Positions 33,440 to 42,178 of a stretch of DNA of 64,000 nt are shown here, piece after piece (the stretch's first letter is position 1; every line of letters begins with the position of its first letter). The notes below the pieces were generated by a model. It saw nothing but the letters and a program-made list of their open reading frames with translations, was not told where the DNA came from and searched no databases. The DNA is taken from NCBI GenBank assembly GCA_963674825.1, contig OY771587.1, positions 1,760,001 through 1,824,000 of the forward strand, written 5' to 3'. The DNA comes from Candidatus Cloacimonadales bacterium. GTDB lineage: Bacteria > Cloacimonadota > Cloacimonadia > Cloacimonadales > JAIOQZ01. The translations under genes were made by a program, and so were the position numbers.

Positions 33440-35458
33440 TCAGGGATGCAACGTTCTGTGCAGGATTTGCGAGATCGCGACCCAGTCGAGCGGTTTTTCG
33501 ATCACCGCGTTGGCGACTCCCTGCAGGTTCGGCAGCTGCTCGTAATAGGCAGTGATGATGAACACGGGAATATTAGGGAAGAACTGACGCAGCTCGTTGA
33601 TGAGCTGCACACCGTCCATATTCGGCATGGCATAGTCGAGCAGTATAGCGTCGATCGTAGCGCCTTGGTCCTTGATGAACTGCATCGCCTGAGTTGAGTC
33701 CTGGTATGTAATCAATTCATAGTTATAGCTTTCCAGCATGAGCTTGCCGATGGCGAGGATCGATTCTTCATCATCGATAAGTAGCAATCTCTCCCCTTCG
33801 CCTTGGATGGGCTCGAGGCTGGCTTGAATCTCATCTTTATCACGGCTATCGGTACTTGGAAAATCGACAATTACCTTTGTGCCTTCATCCACGACGCTCT
33901 CGATCTCAATTGTCCCTTTGAGCTCTTTTACGATACCATAGACAATCGCGAGTCCGAGTCCGCTTCGTTCTTTCAGTTCGCTGGTGGTGAAGAACGGATC
34001 GAAAATCTTTGGCTTGATCTCATCCGAAATACCGCATCCTGTATCGGATACAACGATCCTGACCTGGCGCTTGTCGTTGCCTGAACGCTCAAGTAAGATC
34101 CTCATAGTTCCTTCTTCTTTCATCGCCTGACAGGCGTTTCCCATAAGGTTGATCAGAAGTTGCTGTATCTGCACAGGATCGGCGAAAATTGCAGGTACGT
34201 TATCGTCGATCTCTACGATGATATCGATCCCGGAAGGGATGTTTTTCTTGAACTGCTTCACCGTTTTTCCGATGAGACCCGATATAGCGATAGCCTGCGG
34301 ATTAAGCTCGACTTGCCGGCTGAAGGTCAACACTTGTCGGACTAACTCTTTTGCCTTGTCGCCAGACTCGAGAATCGATTGGATATAGGTTTCTCGATCG
34401 GGATGGATTCGCGCCAATTCGGCGTAACCCATCAAGGATGAGAGGATGTTGTTGAAATCGTGCGCAATGCCGCTGGCGAGAGCTTCCATTGCTTCGAGCT
34501 TTTGGACGTTGTAGAGCTTCTCGCGTGCCTTACGCATCTCGCCTTCGAATTCCTTTTGCCGCGTGATATCCTGTACGATGCAGAAGATGTAAGTATAACC
34601 GTTGAAGGCAACAGATGTCAGGAATACGTTCACGTTACGAGTATCGCCGTTAGCAAGCTTATTCACACTTGGGAAAGACCGAACGTTATTGCCGTCGATG
34701 CTTCGAATAGAGGCGATCATCTCGTCTTCGGAGGAGATGTTGATCTCTGTGAAACGCATACCCTGAAGCTTTTTAATCGGGTATCCGTAGAATTCGGCTG
34801 CGCCGAGGCTTGCATCAACGATTTTCCCGTTATTGGGATTGATCAGAAGGATGATGGCGTGGTTGAATTCCAATAGCGAGTGATAGAACCGACTGCTTTC
34901 CTCCAGTTTTCTGCGCTGCTCATCAAGAATCATATTGGATGAGATTGTCTGCTCAATAGAAAGAGCAAGCAGCTGGAACGTAGCTTTGAACTTCCGGTAG
35001 CCTTCTTGTGATGATAGCACCGGCATTTTTCCTACAGCGTTAGCGTATGCACCGGGATCGAAGCCGTGGCGCTTTGCCATGCGTTCGACATTCTTCCAGT
35101 CAGGTTCTTCGAAGGTGAATCCACAGGCAATCAGCATACCGATCGGGCCGTTCGAAGTGGCGATTGCGTTGAAAAGGACGGGATACCCGAAAGGTGACAG
35201 TGGTTCGGCGAATTTATCGTCGTTGCTTGGCGCAGTCATTTCTTCAGACCATTCACGGATAAAGCCGATTCCTGCTGGATGTTCGAGATGAAACACGTCA
35301 CAAATATTGTCTCGAATTGATCGTAATAGCAATTCACCCGATGGAGAAACGAGCATGACCTGGACCCCGGTCGCTTCCTGGAAATGGTCCGCCAACTTCT
35401 GTAAGATTGCTGTATCAAGCTCCATGCCTTGTTCCTTCTTGATTTCTGTCACATACAA
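33440..35458 (-). CDS. Hybrid histidine kinase with PocR-like sensor, PAS and receiver domains
   Basis: N-terminal 'LQKLADHFQEATGV...ICDVFH' (PocR-like); 'GIAHDFNNIL'; HATPase; receiver 'LLDYAMPNMDG'. Confidence 0.88.
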   Translation of the reverse strand: MYVTEIKKEQGMELDTAILQKLADHFQEATGVQVMLVSPSGELLLRSIRDNICDVFHLEHPAGIGFIREWSEEMTAPSNDDKFAEPLSPFGYPVLFNAIATSNGPIGMLIACGFTFEEPDWKNVERMAKRHGFDPGAYANAVGKMPVLSSQEGYRKFKATFQLLALSIEQTISSNMILDEQRRKLEESSRFYHSLLEFNHAIILLINPNNGKIVDASLGAAEFYGYPIKKLQGMRFTEINISSEDEMIASIRSIDGNNVRSFPSVNKLANGDTRNVNVFLTSVAFNGYTYIFCIVQDITRQKEFEGEMRKAREKLYNVQKLEAMEALASGIAHDFNNILSSLMGYAELARIHPDRETYIQSILESGDKAKELVRQVLTFSRQVELNPQAIAISGLIGKTVKQFKKNIPSGIDIIVEIDDNVPAIFADPVQIQQLLINLMGNACQAMKEEGTMRILLERSGNDKRQVRIVVSDTGCGISDEIKPKIFDPFFTTSELKERSGLGLAIVYGIVKELKGTIEIESVVDEGTKVIVDFPSTDSRDKDEIQASLEPIQGEGERLLLIDDEESILAIGKLMLESYNYELITYQDSTQAMQFIKDQGATIDAILLDYAMPNMDGVQLINELRQFFPNIPVFIITAYYEQLPNLQGVANAVIEKPLDWVAISQILHRTLHP

Positions 35459-35761
35459 TAACCGATCTTTTCTTGTGTGTCAATGATTTCCTTTGTTTTT
35501 TTTCACGGACAGTGTTCATCCGAAGGACAGAAAATCAGTAATTATGTAAATAGTTGTGTTTGCGTAAAATCTGGCTATTATAACATCGATGCACGGGTTG
35601 GCTGAGATGGACGTTGAGGTGTGCGCAAGAGATATTTACAGAATCAGCCTGAAGAACTCTATTTTACCTTCTGGCAGGCCGATAAAACCCTTCGGGGTCA
35701 ATAAATAGATTGACGAAACATCCCGTTCGGAAATTTTGTATTCTGGGAATAAGGAGTTATC

Positions 35762-36436
35762 GTGATAAAACAGATAATTATTGTAATGATCGTTGCGCTG
35801 ATACTCGTATCATGTGCGGGAACCAAGGCAGAAAAGCAGGTTTCATTCCTGATGCCGGTTTTGCAACGAGCAATCACCGCTACCGTTCAGCCGACAGGGA
35901 ACCTGATGTTTTTCCAGGCAACCCTCAAGGTGGATCGTAACGCATTCAAGGATTCGGAAACCGGTCGTTTCCTGATCAACCAATATATGTATATTGAAAG
36001 TGTCGAGATCAATGGCAGAAAAGTGGAACCCCAGGAAGTCCTGAAGATTTACCGTGAGGATTTCGATAAGAGTCTTTCGCCGGACGACTGGCTTCGCATC
36101 GGTAAATATGCACGTCTTTACAGTATCGATTTCTCGGATATCCGCAGCAGCGCTCCGGTGAATGTCGAGATCAAGTACAACCTTAAGCTCAACGACATGC
36201 TCGAGACGATCAGCGTCACGAACGACGAGATTGTTCTGGATGGCGGCGGGTTCTGGTATCCTTCAACATTACAAGAGGATATACCGACTTACATCGAAGT
36301 GGTCGCACCCAGCTATTTCGAAATCACGAGCGCTGATGGCGATGGTAGCGTGGAAGAACTTGACAAGAATCTCAATCGTACAGTTTTTGATTTCTCGTCC
36401 TTGGATCAACCGATTTTGATTGAGGGATACCGGTAG
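35762..36436 (+). CDS. Hypothetical lipoprotein
   Basis: Lipobox LVSC; RBS aaggag before a GTG start. Confidence 0.65.
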   Translation: MIKQIIIVMIVALILVSCAGTKAEKQVSFLMPVLQRAITATVQPTGNLMFFQATLKVDRNAFKDSETGRFLINQYMYIESVEINGRKVEPQEVLKIYREDFDKSLSPDDWLRIGKYARLYSIDFSDIRSSAPVNVEIKYNLKLNDMLETISVTNDEIVLDGGGFWYPSTLQEDIPTYIEVVAPSYFEITSADGDGSVEELDKNLNRTVFDFSSLDQPILIEGYR

Positions 36437-36455
36437 ATCTTTTTCCGATTATGAT

Positions 36456-36531
36456 GCTGAAATAGCTCAGTTGGTAGAGCAGCTGATTCGTAATCAGCAG
36501 GTCGGGGGTTCGAATCCCCCTTTTAGCTCCA
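36456..36531 (+). tRNA. tRNA-Thr(CGT)
   Basis: gctgaaatagctcagttggtagagcagctgattCGTaatcagcaggtcgggggttcgaatcccccttttagctCCA; 76 nt cloverleaf with encoded CCA. Confidence 0.96.
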
Positions 36532-36564
36532 CGATAGAAGGGCAGCCAAAGCCCGTTATAAAAA

Positions 36565-36592
36565 GCTCCGAAGCGATTCGGAGCCTTTTTTT
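36565..36592 (+). terminator. Terminator after the tRNA
   Basis: gctccgaa-gcga-ttcggagc followed by T7. Confidence 0.8.
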
Positions 36593-36733
36593 ATATCGTT
36601 TCTTCCTGTTAATATATACCTCGATTTTTGCCGATTTTCGTCCCATCTTCCGCCTCTGCGTCCCAAATACGTCCCAAATTTTCTGGACATTTTTCCATTC
36701 GAGAACAAACATAACCCCAACAAGGAGGATTAT

Positions 36734-37906
36734 ATGTCCAGGCGATATATCGATATCCAAAAGCTGGTACAGGGAGTTAATGACCGGAATCAGGTAAAGC
36801 TTCGACTACGCAAAGGCAAAGACCGCTATGCGGTATATTACGACTTCTTCGCAAAGGACCCAAATGGAAAGAGTAAGCGCGTGAAGGGGAGGATTGCTCA
36901 CCTCAAATTCTTCGGGGATCGCGAGCATTGCCATGAAGATGCCGAAACACTTCGAGAGGTTGAAGTGTTTATTCAGATTTTGGAGAAGAGATTGTTTTCA
37001 CAAGCTAGCGGTGTCCCCCTGCCCAAGGAAGACAGGGCGATCGATTTTCTCGCTTTTGCCAGGAACGAATATGATAAGCGATGTGAGAAAGCCAAAAATC
37101 AAGGTATCAAGCCGGATAGGAATTATCGGATTACGATCGAGAAGGTGGAGGCATTTCTGGGTGGGAAGAAACTACTCAATATCCACAGCATCGATAATAA
37201 ATTCTGTTCCGATTTTCGTGACTACCTCTGCGGTTTGAAGATCACGAATAACACTGCTCATCATTATTTCGGGGCATTCAAGGCATTTCTCGGACAAGCG
37301 GTCCAGAAGGGGCACCTGCAATACAATCCTGCCAACGGGATCAAGATCAAGTTCCCAGAGCCGAAAAAGGACTTCCTTACCCAGGAGGAGTTGCAAGCCC
37401 TTAACGACAGCAATATAGAATACACACAAATCAGAAACGCCTTCCTCTTCGCGTGCTACACTGGGCTACGGAAGGGCGATATCCTTAACCTCCAAGTCAA
37501 AGATGTTAATGGGGACACAATACAGGTCATCCAGAAGAAGACTGGCAAAATGGTCAGCATTCCTATAGCGGAGACCGCCAGAAAGATTATCGAGAATCAT
37601 ATGCAGTATCTCTCCAGCCAGAAGACTGGTGTTTCGCTGTCTCCCGACAGTAAGTTTTTTTCGCTGCCGTCGAATAGCCGCCTAGGGAAGAGATTGCAGG
37701 CTTGGGCAGAAAGTGCCGGAGTCGAAAAGAAGGTGACCTACCATACCTCACGCCACACCTTTGGAACTCTGCTGGTAAAATCGGGTGTAGATATTTATCG
37801 CGTGAAGGAACTCATGGGTCATCGAGATGTGCGGACGACTCAGGTCTATGCCAAGCTCTCGCATGAAGATTTGCAAAAATCCGTCGAAAAACTTCCCGTG
37901 CTATAA
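36734..37906 (+). CDS. int: Tyrosine recombinase / site-specific integrase
   Basis: 'FLFACYTGLRKGDI', 'HTSRHTFGT', 'MGHRDVRTTQVYAK' (R-H-R-H-Y); SAM-like middle domain. Confidence 0.95.
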   Translation: MSRRYIDIQKLVQGVNDRNQVKLRLRKGKDRYAVYYDFFAKDPNGKSKRVKGRIAHLKFFGDREHCHEDAETLREVEVFIQILEKRLFSQASGVPLPKEDRAIDFLAFARNEYDKRCEKAKNQGIKPDRNYRITIEKVEAFLGGKKLLNIHSIDNKFCSDFRDYLCGLKITNNTAHHYFGAFKAFLGQAVQKGHLQYNPANGIKIKFPEPKKDFLTQEELQALNDSNIEYTQIRNAFLFACYTGLRKGDILNLQVKDVNGDTIQVIQKKTGKMVSIPIAETARKIIENHMQYLSSQKTGVSLSPDSKFFSLPSNSRLGKRLQAWAESAGVEKKVTYHTSRHTFGTLLVKSGVDIYRVKELMGHRDVRTTQVYAKLSHEDLQKSVEKLPVL

Positions 37907-38066
37907 GATCAATCATATCATCCGCTTAGCTTCATTCAATCTCCTGACAACGAATATATACGTATTTCTGGTATCCATCAATCAAAAAACATTGACAGTA
38001 ATCGATCATTGAAGTATGTATTTTGGTAAAATAGAAACCTGGATAATATCTAGTAGTTAGGAGAAT

Positions 38067-38519
38067 ATGATGAATGAAGGTTCAGAGGGGAAGACTGTCC
38101 ACGAAGGCGAAGTCCAGGACATCGAACCCACATCGCCAATAATGTCACTGCTACCGGCGACGAAAATATATGCAAGGACTGTGCTGGAGCGTATCCTGAT
38201 AAAGCGGTACCTCGTGGAGTACACCAAGCCAATCATGAATGCCCTGGAGAAACTCGCTAAACCCAAATACATAGGCATTGATGGGCTGGCCAAGATGTTG
38301 GGCGTCTCGAAGTCGACAGCATATAAAATCAGCGCGAGCGGAGAACTGCCACGCTATCGGGCGAACGGCAAGATCGTACGTTTCGCCAGAGCGGATGTCA
38401 TCGCCTACATGGAGAAGAACCGCATCAAGTCGAATGACGAGATAGAACTCGAGGCGAACTCCTATCTTGAGAATGCCGGATCCCGATCAGGGAACAGACC
38501 CGCCGTAAGACACAACTGA
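38067..38519 (+). CDS. Excisionase-family helix-turn-helix protein
   Basis: 'YIGIDGLAKMLGVSKSTAYKISASGELPRYR...IVRFARADVIAYM' (HTH_17-like). The true start may be further downstream. Confidence 0.8.
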   Translation: MMNEGSEGKTVHEGEVQDIEPTSPIMSLLPATKIYARTVLERILIKRYLVEYTKPIMNALEKLAKPKYIGIDGLAKMLGVSKSTAYKISASGELPRYRANGKIVRFARADVIAYMEKNRIKSNDEIELEANSYLENAGSRSGNRPAVRHN

Positions 38520-38980
38520 TCATAACGATCGTAACAACGATATCCATCAACAAGAAAACCCAACTCGGAATATATGACTAAGACGCTGTCATAGCGTGTT
38601 GCCATCGTTCCTTTCACCCGTGTCCTATGAAGGATACAACATCGTCCGCCGGAATCATATGAGCTCTACGGCAGTTACCGACAAGGGCTCTCTGCATTGA
38701 GAATGATACCGAGCAAATGGCTCCGTTCGACGATATCCTGTGGCACTTGGAGAAGGTCGCTGATCATAGAAGGCATCCTGGGAAACTTGGGAAGAAGGCA
38801 TCGGACCTGTAACTAAGTCTGAGGGGAACCGTACCTGAGCGTAAAAAGGGGACGCATCCATTCTCGGCCTTTCTACAGTATGATGCTCTATTGGGCGAAA
38901 ACAATGTCCGTGCCATCTATAATATATCGATCCAATAGGCTAATACCGTATGATACGGTTCTTGCCATGAAGGAGGATAA

Positions 38981-39133
38981 ATGGAAGACATAACGATCGC
39001 TAATTATTTGAATGCAGCGGGGTTCTTATGCTCATCGACACCGACACAGAATGTGATAACATCTCTTCAGTTGGCGGAGAGTGACAAGAGCGTTATAATC
39101 TCATTGCCTGACGATGAAGGGAAAGAGAAATGA
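38981..39133 (+). CDS. Small hypothetical protein (50 aa)
   Basis: RBS aaggagg, then MEDITIANYLNAAGFLCS...GKEK; the stop overlaps the next start (ATGA). Confidence 0.5.
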   Translation: MEDITIANYLNAAGFLCSSTPTQNVITSLQLAESDKSVIISLPDDEGKEK

Positions 39134-40734
39134 AGAAGGGGAAACAGCGTCCGCTACGGCCTCCGCTAATTCTTGTATCCGTTGCTGGATATGCCGATGC
39201 CGTTGGGATAACGCGTTCTGCGGCATATAATAGGCTTTCTCAAGCCGGGAGCCGGTCACTTGGGAATGGGCAGGCTGTCATATCGGAAGCGTCCGAGTAT
39301 TTTCCCGAGCTTGCATCTTTGATACGCCACGGAAGAAAGGGCGAGTATGTTTTCTTGACTGAAAGCGGACTGAATGTAGACAGATTCTTAACTGAAAGTG
39401 TACAGAGAGTGGACGGAAACTTGACTGAAAATCCTGGCGTAGCCCAAGAACGCAGGCATAGCCCCGCATTGCCAGATTACACTGACGATACTGAAAGCGG
39501 ACTGAATGTGGACGGAATCTTGAATGAAAGTGGTCTAACGCAGGACTGTTCAGAAACAGTATCAATCTCCTCAACTGACACTCACCTCGAAGTCGCGAGT
39601 AGCCTCCTATCCCTTCAGCCCAAGAACACCACCGTGCGGGATATCGTTGCGAAATCGGCCCTTATAGGGCCGTTTCTTGCCAGACTAGTGATACCGGACA
39701 AGAAGGCCATCGACCAAGCCTCCAGCGCTGGATATGTGCGCCTGTATCGAAAGCTGCTCCATAACGGCGTGTTCGAGAATCCTGGCGTCCTGAAGATGAT
39801 GGTGGCGCTATTGCTCTCTGCGGACTCTTCGGGGAAGTGCCGTGTGTGTGACAGTTTGCTTCGTTTAGGGGACGCTGAAGACGAGTTCCGAATGGCCTCT
39901 ATCATGCTGGCTGTTCTCGAGTTGGAGTATGGCGTGATCCGCTTGTACCGAGAGGATGACGAGCTTATGTGTGAGATCATCAAGTGGCGCAATTATCAGT
40001 CTCCGGGCAATGCCGGCCGTAGCGTATTCCGTGACATTCGGAACCCGGAAAACGTTATCCGCAGCATAGGAGAGAACGAGGGCAATTCCCTCACGTGTGC
40101 GCCCGATACCACCAGAGAAATAGAGATAGAGAGAAAAGAAAAATTTCCTTACGGGAATACAAAGAAAGTTTTGGTCGACGATGATGATCTCCTCGGTAAC
40201 ATCGAAGACAGTAAAGACGTTCCACCTACCGTCGAGCCTCATGAAACAGAGAGAGCAGTGGCTGTGAACGAGAACACCCCAAAAGGGGATACTGATCCCA
40301 CACTATATATAAATAAATATAATAGCGCTCCAGAAACAGGGGAAAAATACGAGCCATCATCACCACTTAGTGTTCCCATTGTGTCACTCATATCTAACAA
40401 AGGGGTACACAAGGGTAAAGTCGAGGGATACTATGATGACCTATCCGATATCACAGGGAAAGGAAGGTCTACTCCAGCATCTGAGCTACCTCCGAAACGC
40501 AGAAAATTTATCCTGCAAGCTAATGCGCTATATGACATTTACAGGACTAGGATAGGCACCAATGGGTCGAGGAAGGAGGTCGTGAAGAGAGCGGCCATTT
40601 TGTTAGAGGAATATTCCTACGTAGAAATATTAGAGGCCATAGCGAATTATGAGGGTGATATTTCCATCATCGGTACCCCCATAGCGCCCTTTTCGTTTAT
40701 CTGGCATAATCACCGCCAACACAAAATGATTTGA
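39130..40734 (+). CDS. Putative phage-type replication initiator / replisome-organizer-like protein
   Basis: N-terminal HTH-like segment 'YADAVGITRSAAYNRL'; 'GYVRLYRKLLHNGVFENP..LKMMVALLLSA...IIKWRNYQ' resembles phage replisome-organizer N-domains. Confidence 0.5.
   Translation: MKKGKQRPLRPPLILVSVAGYADAVGITRSAAYNRLSQAGSRSLGNGQAVISEASEYFPELASLIRHGRKGEYVFLTESGLNVDRFLTESVQRVDGNLTENPGVAQERRHSPALPDYTDDTESGLNVDGILNESGLTQDCSETVSISSTDTHLEVASSLLSLQPKNTTVRDIVAKSALIGPFLARLVIPDKKAIDQASSAGYVRLYRKLLHNGVFENPGVLKMMVALLLSADSSGKCRVCDSLLRLGDAEDEFRMASIMLAVLELEYGVIRLYREDDELMCEIIKWRNYQSPGNAGRSVFRDIRNPENVIRSIGENEGNSLTCAPDTTREIEIERKEKFPYGNTKKVLVDDDDLLGNIEDSKDVPPTVEPHETERAVAVNENTPKGDTDPTLYINKYNSAPETGEKYEPSSPLSVPIVSLISNKGVHKGKVEGYYDDLSDITGKGRSTPASELPPKRRKFILQANALYDIYRTRIGTNGSRKEVVKRAAILLEEYSYVEILEAIANYEGDISIIGTPIAPFSFIWHNHRQHKMI
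39354..39535 (+). repeat. Imperfect 33-bp direct repeats inside the rep-like gene
   Basis: cttgactgaaagcggactgaatgtagacagatt (39354), cttaactgaaagtgtacagagagtggacggaaa (39387), cttgactgaaa (39420), actgaaagcggactgaatgtggacggaat-cttgaatgaaagtgg (39490). Confidence 0.8.
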
Positions 40735-40798
40735 CACATCTTTATCACGCATAACATTCTTGTTGCAAATTTTCACATACTCCTCACTGGAGGCTACG

Positions 40799-42178
40799 AT
40801 GATGCGAAGGCGACAACATTTCTTGGCGATTTTCCTGCTATTGGCGGCGTTCATGCCCCTCAGCGCGACGATTCTCTTCCACGACAATTTCCAACGCTCC
40901 GACGGCGATATCGGAAACGGCTGGACGGAAATCGGCTCTAATGCCGCCACGATCGACGACGGCGAGATGCTGATCACCGCTGCGGGTGGATCGGGTGTTT
41001 ATCGCGATTTCCCGGCACTCACAGACGGTACCGTCAGCGTGCAGTACGACTGGAAGGTCGAATCGCTCTCCGGCTCATTCCTCATCTATCCGCTGGAAAC
41101 CAGCGCCTATCTGCTCATCACCGCTACCGGCGATCTCTACTACGACCTCAGCGGCAACTTCGTTACGCCCGTGCTCATCGGCAGCATCACGCTTGACCAG
41201 TGGCACACCTTCCGCATGGACATCGACCTCGACTCCGACACCTTCAGCATCTGGCTGGACGATTCGCCCCTCATAGAAGATATCTCAGGCAACAGCATCG
41301 CCTCTTTCAGCAAGTGGAAATTCGTTTCTTCCATGATCGGTGCAGCGACTATGCGCATCGACGAATTCATCGTCAGCAACGGCAGCTTCAGCGACATCGT
41401 TTGCGGTCCGGTAACGCTCGACAACCAGCTTCCCACCATCGCCGTCACATCGCCCAACGGCGGCGAGGAATGGTATTTCGGCGACACCCACGACATCCAG
41501 TGGACCGCCTCCGACGACCACCTCGGAGAATCGCCTATCCATCTTTCGTGGTCGAGTAACGGCGGTGCTGATTACACCGATCTCACCGACACCGACAACA
41601 GCGGTTCCTGGGCATGGACACTGCCCACCGTTCTGACCGAATCCGGCTTGGTGAAAGCCGTCGCGACCGACGCCTTCGGCAATGCCAGCGAGGACATCAG
41701 CGACAGTCCCTTCGCCATCGGTTACGTTCCGCCAGCCCAGCCGCAGAATCTTGTTATCGACGTCTCGGACGGGCAGAATGCTGTCCTCAGCTGGCAGCCG
41801 GTCACCACCACTATCTACGGCACGCCCCTAACGCCCGACTGCTACATCATCCGCTACAGCGGCATGCCGCAGAGCGACGATGTGCCCTACTTCTTCCTCG
41901 GCATCTCCTCCGACAGCACCTTCACCCACCCGAACGTCGTCGAATTCAGCGACTTCATGTTCTATCAGGTGGCGGCATGGGTGGATCACGAGGACAGGCT
42001 GGCAGAATTGCTGGAGGTTTTGAGGGAGCCCTCATCCCCCGACCCCTTCTCCCACAGGTGGGAGAAAGGGAACAGTGATGATTATTGCTACCCCATGTTA
42101 TCGCGCGAACCCATCACGTGGGAGGAGCTGTTGAAGACGGTTGAACAAGCGAAGAAACGCCCGGGAGGTGACAAATGA
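40799..42178 (+). CDS. Secreted protein with lectin-like N-domain, Ig-like 'SPNGGE' domain and FN3-like domain
   Basis: Signal peptide MMRRRQHFLAIFLLL; 'VTSPNGGEEW'; 'PPAQPQNL..VLSWQPV'. Confidence 0.65.
   Translation: MMRRRQHFLAIFLLLAAFMPLSATILFHDNFQRSDGDIGNGWTEIGSNAATIDDGEMLITAAGGSGVYRDFPALTDGTVSVQYDWKVESLSGSFLIYPLETSAYLLITATGDLYYDLSGNFVTPVLIGSITLDQWHTFRMDIDLDSDTFSIWLDDSPLIEDISGNSIASFSKWKFVSSMIGAATMRIDEFIVSNGSFSDIVCGPVTLDNQLPTIAVTSPNGGEEWYFGDTHDIQWTASDDHLGESPIHLSWSSNGGADYTDLTDTDNSGSWAWTLPTVLTESGLVKAVATDAFGNASEDISDSPFAIGYVPPAQPQNLVIDVSDGQNAVLSWQPVTTTIYGTPLTPDCYIIRYSGMPQSDDVPYFFLGISSDSTFTHPNVVEFSDFMFYQVAAWVDHEDRLAELLEVLREPSSPDPFSHRWEKGNSDDYCYPMLSREPITWEELLKTVEQAKKRPGGDK
42029..42070 (+). repeat. 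REP-like palindromic element inside a CDS
   Basis: ccctcatcccccgaccccttctcccacaggtgggagaaaggg; related copies at 44631-44670, 52320-52356 and 52386-52422. Confidence 0.7.

Noticed and set aside
36420..36797. ORFs 36420..36797 (+) and 36494..36760 (-)
   Set aside because: They overlap the tRNA and its terminator and are spurious.
38655..38861. 68-aa minus-strand ORF as an element repressor
   Set aside because: No HTH motif or clear RBS.
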